From positions 246,140,001 through 246,204,000 of the forward strand of contig NC_067400.1 of NCBI RefSeq assembly GCF_016432865.1: a stretch of DNA of 64,000 nt, written 5' to 3'. Shown here piece by piece: positions 51,100 to 61,400 of this stretch. Source of the stretch: Antechinus flavipes. Its lineage: Eukaryota. Numbering within the stretch: position 1 is the stretch's first letter; every line of letters begins with the position of its first letter. The position numbers and the translations under genes are program-made. Under the pieces are notes generated by a model. It was not told the origin of the DNA, did no database searches, and saw only the letters and a list, made by a program, of their open reading frames with translations.

Positions 51100-51592
51100 T
51101 GAAAGTCTAGCACATCTAGTATAAGGGTTTATTGGACACTTTTCAACACTGCTCATCCAACTTTGGTACTTATCTGTCACTGAGCTCTCACCTCAAGCTC
51201 CAAGTTGTATGGCTCGCAGCAGCCACACCTAAATAAAACCTTCTTGGCAGACAGGATAAACCAGGTTGAGATAACTACGAAGACATTTCTACCCAAGCAT
51301 GTGTAGACTTCCCTCAGCAGAATGGTTAGATGAACAATAGTCATGAATGTGCCTGAAGCAGAAAACTGTGCAGTGCATAGAGCTTGGACAGATATCTAAG
51401 ATGCCAAGATAGTCCACTGCATCCCAAACTATCACCAGTCACCTTGCTTTTTGTCTTGCCATTGGACTTTGATGTTTCTGGAAAAGCAAGTGAAGCTGAT
51501 TTGTGCAAGTCTGTGTCACTTAAATCCAATTCATGTATGTCAAGACATCACCCAATGTTATCATTTATTCTCTTTGAAAAAGGACAAACAAC
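51100..51592 (+). mobile_element. RTE-related SINE or RTE fragment (WALLSI/RTESINE-like)
   Basis: 'tttttgtcttgccattggactttgatg...cacttaaatccaattca...gtcaagacatcacc...aaggacaaacaac' resembles a marsupial RTE tail; 5' boundary approximate. Confidence 0.6.
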
Positions 51593-52501
51593 TATAGCCA
51601 ATTTCCAATCTATTTCTATTGTCTCGACTTCTTTTCAGAACACCAATTATCAAGTCAAGAACTTAGTTTCAAAGTCTCAAAGACCATGGCTCCTAACTAT
51701 TATGGCATCTATCTGTTCTGTTGATAACATTTGTCTTTTCTGCTTTCAAATATCTCTAGCGCAAATATCAAACACTGCTCTAAATTCACACAACTCTTAC
51801 CTCAAATCAGACCCTCATAATATCTCTCTATAAAGAGTTTAACATTATTAGCTTCCCTGCCTCAATTTTATTTCCACTCAGATCCCTTCTCCACTAAGAT
51901 GATCAAGACATTTTCCAAAAACATTTTTCTGACTCCTTTTCGCTTCTCACCTGTAAAGCCTCAGCAGGGCAACAATTATCTTGTAACCTTCAGTTGCTTC
52001 CTTTACCTCTTTTCATGAGCTGGACCATTTCTATTTTTTTTAGATTTCACACACTTTATTGTACTCATCATGGTCCTGCCCATGCTGACTTATCTGCCTT
52101 ATCTACAATACATTTTATGTTTTTTTTCTGTTTGACTTTGCACTAGTTGGCTTTCCAGCCTGTCCAGAAGCTTCCCCTTTTCCCACCTCTTCCATCTGAC
52201 TTTCCCTGGTCCATTAGAATCTCACCTTTAATCCTACCTGTTACATTTCCCCTATTGGCTTGTACCTTTGCTTCTGAAATATTCTCCCTCTAATTCTGTG
52301 TTTGTCACAAGTACCTTGATGTTTTCATATTCTCAATGTCTAGCACAATACAAATACTGAAGAGTTGATTTGTATATAGATTGATTTTGGAATAGTTGAT
52401 TGGAATTGGGGCACAATTGAAATTAGAATTATTTGAGGTTCAAGAATAACTTATTAAAAGAGACAGAATTTTATAATCTGTCTCAAAAATCAGAAGGTTA
52501 T

Positions 52502-52654
52502 GGGGACAGATAGATGGCATAGTGGATAGAGCACTAGCCCTGAAGTCAGGAGGACCTGAATTCAAAACTGATCTCAGACACTTTACACTTCCTATCTGTG
52601 TGACTCTGGGCAAGTCACTTAAACCTCAATTGCCTCAGCCAAAAAAAAAAAAAA
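52502..52654 (+). mobile_element. WSINE1-like SINE in the K9 upstream promoter
   Basis: 'ggggacagatagatggcatagtggatagagcactagccctgaagtcaggaggacctg...caattgcctcagcc' plus poly(A); TSD aaaatcagaag. Confidence 0.9.
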
Positions 52655-52965
52655 TCAGAAGATCAAACTGGCAAGTCTAATGGAAGGAGGCAATGCCATC
52701 TGAGAGAAATTTCATGAAACCTGAATTGGGCATCAATCATATTAACCTAATGGGCTTTGATAACGCCATAATCATTTCTTATTAAAAGAATGAGATCCTG
52801 GCAGAGCCTTCTCAGAGAAACAGCAAATAGAAAATACCTTTAATAAGCTACAGTAGTAGTTTTCATGAAACAAAAAATGAAAAGAATGTGATATTACCTT
52901 TGTAATTTCATTAATGTGAGTTATGCAGTTGTGAAATGGATCTGCCACACCTCCTGCTGGATGTG

Positions 52966-52972
52966 TATAAAA
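52966..52972 (+). promoter_or_regulatory. TATA box of K9
   Basis: TATAAAA 82 bp before the ATG. Confidence 0.85.
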
Positions 52973-53047
52973 GTCTCCATGCAGGTGGTGCTGTACACAT
53001 TCACAACTTCTCACTGACATCAAACCAAATCTGTAAAACCTGAAACC

Positions 53048-53275
53048 ATGAGCTACTACGGCGGCTACTATGGAGGACTGGGCTATGGCTATGGCTCTGG
53101 TTATGGCTGTGGATGTGGCAGCTACCGTGGCCTAGGCTATGGCTATGGCAGCTGTGGCTATGGAGGCCTGGGCTATGGTGGCTATGGCTATGGAGGCCTG
53201 GGCTATGGTAACTATGGCTATGGCTGCTGCCGCCCATCTTGCTGTGGAAGATATTCTTCTTATGGCTTCTATTGA
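53048..53275 (+). CDS. KRTAP19-like: K9: high Gly/Tyr KRTAP, 75 aa
   Basis: [28 protein letters not shown]...[16 protein letters not shown]; ACCATG, TATA and AATAAA present. Confidence 0.95.
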   Translation: MSYYGGYYGGLGYGYGSGYGCGCGSYRGLGYGYGSCGYGGLGYGGYGYGGLGYGNYGYGCCRPSCCGRYSSYGFY

Positions 53276-53584
53276 AAAACTGTTTGCTTCTGAGTTGTCA
53301 TGGAATCCTTGGGTTTGGAGATATTTCCACAGCATGTAAAATACATCATTGTATCTTCTTCTACTGCCTGGTATCATGGGAAAACTACCGTGAAAAGAAT
53401 TTGGAATTCCTCTGGAGACTCAAAACAATAAAGTGGCAGAAACTGAAAAGCAGCAGGATCCATCCTTCTAGGAAATGATGCAGAATTTCACTTGTCATGA
53501 AGGAGACTCCTCCAATGACAGCTCATTTTCAGCAATTTGTTCGTCTTTAATACACCATTGCTGAGGTGTCTATTATGAATTTCT

Positions 53585-53590
53585 AATAAA
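53585..53590 (+). terminator. Poly(A) signal of K9
   Basis: AATAAA at the homologous position. Confidence 0.8.
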
Positions 53591-55669
53591 CTTATTTCAC
53601 TGCCTTAGCAAAACTGTTTTCACATCTTCTTTTTGACCTCCCTGTGCTTGGTTTTCAGCCTCACATTATGAAAAATATTTTCAATTTTGACCTATGTTTA
53701 TATATCATTGCAGAAGATTTATTCTCTAGTTCATCTTTTGTAATGAAGAGATACTACTCTATATTCAATATATCTATTGAAAAAGTAGATTGTTTTCTGG
53801 TTAAATGTCTTCCTAAAATTTTATTTCTGTAGTACTTAAATTTTAGTACTCCATAATGTTCAATCCCCAAATATAAGCTGTTCCCCTTCTTCACTGTTCT
53901 TGGTGCACACAGAGAGAGATTTCATTTATAAGGTTTGAAAAAAGACTGATATGTCCAGAGCCTCAGGTTCATGTTTATGACTTCCAGATTCAAGGCATCT
54001 CTAATAACTGACAAAATTTGACAGAATTCCCCTTGTCTAGCTGTAATTCACTATTTTCTTATCATCAAGAAACTTGAAGTTTTGTAGCACATCACAAGGG
54101 AATGGCATGACAAAGAGAGTCATGCACCAAGTTCAAAAGCTGTCATGGAAACTTTCTCATCTCCTCCAACCTCGTGTACTGTTGGTCAAGCTCAGTCCTA
54201 CCTTTCTACAGGGAAAGTAGACTCATTGCTACACAGGTGTCCTGCAAATCACTCAAATACATGAATTATCTAATCAATTCAATTCCCAGAGAAAGATACC
54301 ATATGCTTTGCTACTTCACAACAGGCCATGGGGCCTTTGGATTCCTTAACTTCATAAACCAACATATCTTTTGTAATCCTCTGTAAAACCTGTGTAAACT
54401 TCAGAGGGATTCTTGGGGGAAAATCCAGAGATTAGCATCTACTAGCACATAATAGGTGCTTAATAAATGTTTCTTGATTGAACTTGGGTTCAGATGGTGG
54501 AGAAAACACCACTATCAATGGATCTCATTGCTCTTATTGTTTTTAAATTTATAATGAACTTCTAAATTAAATGCAAAAATAAAATAAAAATCATTTCCAA
54601 TACTATAGATTATTCCAAGTTATTATTCTCCATTCACAAAAAAAAAAAACTAATAAAATCTAATAGTTCCTATGAATTCACTAGGCTTTTTTCTGACAGA
54701 AATGTCCTTAGCAGCATCATTTCATTCACTTCTCAAAACACATTTCCAAATGATTTACCAATCCTTTTTCAGGAGACATTCTAAGAAGGTCATTTCAGTA
54801 ACAACTAATTCTTCAGTATGAAAATCTTTTCTCTCTTGTATATCTCTCATTTCATTTTCTTTAGGAAAGTTGAGTATCAATTTATGAGGGGAAAATGGCA
54901 AACTCTGGATCCATATTCCACCCTATCCCCCAAGAGGATAAACAGAATATATCTAGCACCTGTACTACAAAGTGGAATTAAAACTAATTTAAGGTGGAAA
55001 ATTAGTTACCATTGTCCCCTGAGGGTACTTTAGTTCAAGACTCCCAATTTCTTCAAGTGATTTTCCTAGGGCCTGAAGTGGATACTTTCTACCATTTGGT
55101 CTAGAATTTAATAGATTCTCTCCATCTCAGCAAAAGATGAGCCATACACTGAGCAGTGTAAATTATACAGATCTTCACTACAATTTTCCTGCACTCTAAT
55201 CTCTTATGCTCCATTTATGGAATCTCAAGGTTACATTAGGATCTTTAGCTGACATGTAACAGCCTATTGGGCTTCCTTATCCTTTAATATGTAGTTGTGA
55301 GAATTTTTGGAAGCTGGGAAAATAGGTGAGAAACTCAATGCAGCCCTAATCATGCTCAGCTCATTTTTCTCATGGTCAAATAAAGATGCTCTTTTTTGAG
55401 ATGCTCCTTAACCAGAGAGCTACTACCTTCTTTTCTGTCCACTAAACTCAGTTGATGATCTCATCTGCTATGGTTAACATTCCTTCTAACATTCTCTAGT
55501 TCCAACCCAGAATTTCCCCTGAACTCAATGTTCAGCTAACTGGGTATACCCTGAAAGCATGATTCTACCAAAACTCTTATAATCAGAACTTCTCCATTAT
55601 TCTCCATTTAAAAAATCCATGACTCTACTGATGATCAGGGTCTCTGGTTGCTGTCCTTTCACTATCTTT

Positions 55670-56791
55670 GAAAACCTTGCTTATTAGGTTCTGGACCCCC
55701 ATCTTCAAGAAAAGCTGTTTTTTCCAAATATCCAATGATGTCCTCTTAGCCAAAATTTATGGTGTCCTCTGAGTTTTCCTTTTTCTTGATCTCCCTTTTG
55801 GCTTTTGAGAACACTGGCCAACTGCTGTTCCTGGGTGTGTTTGACACTGTACTTCCAATATGACTATTCCTTTCCAGTCACCCTAACTAATGTATTATCA
55901 TGTCATTTCATTCCCATTATCTCTAGCTGAATCCTGAACTTCCATTTCTTTTCTTTTAAAAATTTTTAAAATTTCTTTTCTTTTCTCCCTAATATGCTCT
56001 CTCCAAGGGTAAAAAAAAGTAGACCTTCCTTAAATCTCAGAGTTTCAGGGATTTTCTCTCTGCCAAATTCAGATCTGTATCTCTCCTGAGATCCAGTCCC
56101 ACATTGTGAGCTGTCTGATTACATATTTTCAACTTGCTGTCCCCCAGACATCTCAAAGCTCCCCCCACCCAAGTCTAGAATAGATTTCCTTATCCTGCCT
56201 TATTAAAAGCACCCTACCTCTTCACAACCTCTCTACTCCATTGAAGGGCACTAATATCAAATTAAGAACTTAGGTTCCTAACCTCAGGGCCCTCCTTGAC
56301 CCTTCACTTTCATTGCAACTATCTGATCAGTTGGCAAAATTAGTTTTTTACTTTTACAACATCTCTTGAACCCAAAGACTACTCTGCAAGACAAAATCCC
56401 CAACCTCACTGTAAGAATCTTTAGTTGGTCTCCCTGCCTAAATCTTCCCACCCAAATCCAACCTCTACTTAGCCGCCCTAAGAATTGCCCTAAAGCACTC
56501 ATCTTATTCTTCTTCCCATTCGAACCCATAAAAGTCCCAGCCCTCTCTCATTGTTTCCTTTTCAGTATTTATTTAAAAATACATCTTCTTTCTGATATTT
56601 CACTCTCTTCTTACTTTTCTAAGGTTAGTATATTTTAATCACCCTACCCAAATATTATGGTCTTGTCTTTTCTGGCCTATCTGCTTATACTCAAATGATG
56701 TACTACATGTCCTGCCTATTTTCCTTTTCACTGATTATTAGCCCTGCCCAGAATTCTCTCTCTTTCTGCCCCTCCTCTCTGACTTTCCCTG
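55670..56791 (+). mobile_element. Ancient L2 remnant fused directly to the K10 5' UTR
   Basis: L2 motifs ('atctctcctgagatccagtcccacattg', 'gttggtctccctgcct', 'gccctgcccagaattctctc') end at 'gactttccctg'. Confidence 0.7.
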
Positions 56792-56850
56792 TTATACATA
56801 CTCACTTAACCTATTTTTGACATTTCTCCAAATTAGTGAATGCTAAAACA

Positions 56851-57042
56851 ATGAGCTACTATGGCAGCTACTATGGGGGTTTGGGCTATGGCTATGGCAC
56901 TGGTTATGGCTGTGGATGTGGCAGCTTCCATGGCCTAGGCTATAGCTATGGTGGCTATAGCTGTAGAGGACTGGGCTATGGTGGCTATGGCTGTTGCCAC
57001 CCATCTTGTTATGGAACATATTATTCTTCTAGCTTCTACTGA
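56851..57042 (+). CDS. KRTAP19-like: K10: high Gly/Tyr KRTAP, 63 aa ORF with no promoter (probable pseudogene)
   Basis: [28 protein letters not shown]...[16 protein letters not shown]; promoter and TATA deleted, uORF 56840-56854 overlaps the ATG, poly(A) signal is AATCAA (57357). Confidence 0.7.
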   Translation: MSYYGSYYGGLGYGYGTGYGCGCGSFHGLGYSYGGYSCRGLGYGGYGCCHPSCYGTYYSSSFY

Positions 57043-57448
57043 AAAAATTTTTGCTCCGGATTGTCATGGAATCCCTGTCCCTCTGTTTTTTGGGCTAATT
57101 CCATGGTATGGACATCACATTCCATCTGCCTTTGTGGTGGGATGGCATGGGAAATCTACCACAAGAGGGTCTTGGAATCTCTGGAGCATGGGCAAGGTAG
57201 ACCCTTGTACGGGCAAGGAATAATAGGGATCCCTTCTTCTGGGAAATGATGTAGAATCTCATCTGTCATGAGGGAGACTGCCCCAATGACAGCTCATTTC
57301 CAGCAAGTTTGTTCAGCTCTGACATACCACAGCTGAAGTGTCTGTTAAAACTTTATAATCAACTTGTTTCTTTAATTTAGCAAAGTTTCTCATCTCTCCA
57401 CCTTAAAGTCCCTATACTTGGGTTTCATTCTCATATAATGAAGACATT

Positions 57449-57503
<55 letters not shown>

Positions 57504-57507
57504 GTAT
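57449..57507 (+). repeat. (TG)n(TA)n microsatellite
   Basis: Direct sequence. Confidence 0.95.
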
Positions 57508-57551
57508 ATAAAATTTTTTCATTAAATATCTTTCTGAAATTTAAGTATTTT

Positions 57552-57802
57552 TTATTGTTGTTCAGTTGTTTCAGTTATATCCAATTCTTTGTGACATTAT
57601 TTGGGGGTTTCTTGGAAAAGATACTGCAGTGGTTTGCCATTTTTTTTTCTAGATCATTTTACAGATAGGAATGGAGGTAAATGGGGTTAAGTGACTTAAG
57701 GTCACATAGATTAGTTACTGTCTGAAGCCAAATTTGAACTCAGAAGCATGAATTTCCTGGCTCTGGACCCAGCACTCTATCTATTGTCCTACTTAGCTGC
57801 CC
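57552..57802 (-). mobile_element. MAR1-like CORE-SINE
   Basis: 'gttgttcagttgtttcag...gatactgcagtggtttgccattt...ggggttaagtgactt...atttgaactcag...agctgccc'. Confidence 0.88.
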
Positions 57803-59291
57803 TCCAAAGTTTGAATTCTGTAATAATTAAACATTAGTACTTTAGCCCAGGCCCTGTTTTACTAAAGTTATGGAATTCATCCCTGTAAATTGTGGCCCTT
57901 GTCCTATATACTAAACACACATGGACTGGGGTTTTATCTTCAGGGTTTCTCAAAGAGTCACAGTGGTTCAACATCTCCAGATCAAAGTATCTCTGATGAT
58001 AGTCAGAATCTAACTTAGTAGCCTATCCATTCTATAGTTTTCTTCAACCACCTTGTTATCATCAACCTATGTGAAATTTTAAAGCAAGGCAAAAGTGAAT
58101 GGCACACCACAAAGTTACACAAGAGAGTCATTTATCTAGTCTGAAGATTGTCATGAAACCTTACCCTTCATGTGAGTCCCCTCTTCTCCAGTGATCTATA
58201 CACCCTATCCAACACACAGCACTGACGTTGAGCTGAGGCCCACCTTTCCATTGTCAAAGTAGACTCATTGTTGAAAGGGTATCCTGCAAATCATCCAAAC
58301 ACCTAAACTCTGTAATCAACTCAAATTCCCAAAGAAAGAAAGCACAAACTGTGTCAAGAGCTTTGGATTCCTCAGCTCTAATGGGATAATATAATGCCTG
58401 GTATTAAGTCCCTAACTTCATAAAAAAGACAGCTTACCATTTACCTATCACATAGTAGAAGCTAATTAAATATTTATTAAACTTGTTTCCCATACAATGG
58501 AGGAAACATTGTAATTGCTGCTATGAGTAGATCTTATTCCTTATTCTATTTATTGGCTTAAAATAAATTGGTTCTTACTATAAATCACTCCTGAGCATTA
58601 TTCTATATTGATAAGAAGCATGTATGTTTCTATGAATTCAATAACTTTTTTCTCACTTCTTTCCTCTAAAAAAACATATTTCCAAATAATTTATCAATTC
58701 TTTGCCAGGAATCATCCCTTGAAGGTCATTTCAGTTCAGTCTTTCTGGAAGAATATCATTTCTATCTTTGACAGCTCTCAGAGAGAAACAAGTATTTTAA
58801 TCTCTTTAATAAAGTTGAAAATCAATTTATAGGAATAAAAGATCACCTCTGGATCCAAATTCTCCAATCAGGGAATAAATGAAATACATCTAATATACAT
58901 ACTACATAGTGACCATTAAAATAAATTTAGGAGAACTGAAACTATCACCTGAGTGTCCTCTAAGGTCAAGAGTCCCAGTTTCTTCAAGTGAATCTCAAAA
59001 GCTCTGAGTTGGAGACTTTTCTATCAACTGGTCTGGTCTCTTCTGGATGCCCAACAGCTTGGTCAAAGACCAGCTTTGCATTGATCAGTGTAGATTGCAG
59101 ATGGGTCATCACCTCCATTTTCCTGAATTCTAGTCCCTTATGCTCCTCTTCATGAAATCTCAAGGTCACATTGAGATGCCTGGGTGCCATAGGATCTCCT
59201 AATAGTCTTCCTTATTCTTTAGAGTACATTGTGAGAGATTTAGAAGCTGGAAAGGAGATAAGACATTTATTGCTGCCCAAATCACTTTGTC

Positions 59292-59624
59292 AGGGAACAG
59301 TTAAGCAGGAAGAACAGTATGAAATACATCTGGGATCTCCAGTTAGCCAGAAGTGTCAAAAGTCAAAGTGAAGTCAGAAAGAAGGAAAATTTAGAACAGG
59401 CTGTTAGAGAGAATTTTTTTTTTTAATATTAGGATCCGGAACCAGGTATCCAGGGCTTTTGAAGGCAATGATAAGAGAGCAGACAGAGAATCTAAGTAGA
59501 TTCCATAGCTGAAATGCATTCATTGGAACCTACTCAGATTCTCTATCTGCTCTCTTTTCATTTTCTTTGAAAGACCTGAATACCAGGTATTCTTCATACT
59601 GTTCTTCCTGCTTAATTGTTCCCT
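59292..59624. mobile_element. Unclassified foldback/MITE-like element with about 32-bp terminal inverted repeats and an internal 33-bp hairpin
   Basis: AGGGAACAGTTAAGCAGGAAGAACAGTATGAA matches the reverse complement of the right end at 31/32; inner inverted repeat 59473-59505 and 59524-59556. Confidence 0.75.
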
Positions 59625-61210
59625 CTTGCTCATTCTAATTAGCTTACTGTCATGTTATTTTATTCACATTTATTCTGGATGAACCTCAAGATTGTGCCTT
59701 TTTTGCTTTCCTTACCATTATATCTCTCTTCCATTCACTGGGCAGCACCAGCTTTGAATCTCTCCTGAGCTTATCATATATCATATGCTGTCGATGTACA
59801 CAATCTTAAGTTGATATTCCCTAGACATTTCAAAGTTTAGAACATAGCTCCTCATCCTACTTATTCAAAAGCAGCCTACCACTTCTCTAACTCTACTACT
59901 TTAATAGCATTTTCTTGCTGCCAGGAACTCAGGATCAGACTTTCAGAGACATGCTTAAAATTTCTCTGTCATTTCACCTGTCCAACCAGTTGGCAAAATT
60001 TGTCCTTGTACTTGAACCACATCCCTGGAATAGTTATCCTTCTTTGACCTCATACATTCACCATCTTAGATCAGGGCCTCACAGTATTTTTCTGAAAGAG
60101 CCTTGTGATTAACCTTCCTATCTCAGAACACTTCCCAGAATAATCCATCCTCCACTCTGGTGTCCAAGGGATTTTCCTAAAACATTCATCTTACTCCTCA
60201 CCTCCTTCAACATTCAACCCCCGAGCCTCACACATGTTATCTGGTAAATGCTTACCTCCTGTTCTGTCCTAGTACAAATTGATACTATTGTCTGATATTT
60301 CACCCTCTTCCTAAACTGGTTTCTTTCCTTTCCAATTTGGTGTAGTCTATTCCCCTCTCCATATTTTATAGTCTGTCCCTTGAAAGTTTAAGTGCTTTCC
60401 CACAAGTGATAAACTTTTTGTCCCTTCTCATTGCCTTTATATTGCCATGCTATCCAACCTTCTCAACCTTCTATTTTCCCTTCTCCTCTGACTTTCCCTC
60501 TTTCTTTGAGTCTCAATTTTCACATAGTCGATCTTCTCCCATCAACTCTCCATGTTTGTGACAATTCTCACTGACCTTGGAATTTTAGAGTTACCCAGGA
60601 GCATCCCCTATACTGAAAACAGTTGTTGGCACATTGCAAACATTAGAGAAATGTTGAGGTACTTTCAGAATAGTAGTTTTATTAACCTATTCCATAAACC
60701 AGTGCTTAACCACCATCTCAAGTCCAATATGAAACTTGCATGACTAATTTGGTCTCAAATAGCACTGATTGAAAGAGACAGCATTCAACTACCTACCTAA
60801 GAAATCAGAAGGTCTACATGGCAATCAGTCCTTCATAATGGAAGGACAGTGTCACCCAGGAGATTAATGTCATGAAACCTGGGTAGGGCACCAGTAATAT
60901 AAAATATATAGGCTTTGACAACACTATAATCACTTCCCATTATAGAAACACGTTCATAGCATAGTCTTTTCAGAGAAATAGCAAATGGAGAGAAAACACC
61001 CTTAATGAACTGTATGATTTGTTCTTAAGAAACAAAACATGAGAAAAAGGCGATATTTCTTTGACAGGAAACATTATTTTTTAATTGGAAATAAGCATTT
61101 CTACTGAGAATCTACCACATCTCCTGATGGTAAAGTCCTATGCAGATTTTGCTACATACATTCATACAATCTATCCTTGACATCCATCCAACTAAATTAA
61201 TACTGACACA

Positions 61211-61400
61211 ATGAGCTACTATGTTAAGTACTACTGGGATCTGGGTTAATACTCTGGCTCTGATTATAGTCATACATGTAGCAACTTCCCTGGCCTGAGT
61301 TATATGACTAAGGCTATGAAAGCCTAAGCTATGATGGCTTTGGCTATAGGCACTATTGCCCATCTTGCTGTCAAGATTTTAGCCTTCTGGATTCTACTAA
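61211..61400 (+). pseudogene. K11: KRTAP pseudogene
   Basis: ATG AGC TAC TAT GTT AAG TAC TAC TGG GAT CTG GGT TAA (stop at 61247), further indels, TATA deleted ('atggtaaagtcc'), 3' UTR truncated. Confidence 0.88.

Noticed and set aside
52502-52580. tRNA gene suggested by A/B-box-like motifs
   Set aside because: It is the tRNA-derived head of a SINE, followed by CORE sequence and poly(A).
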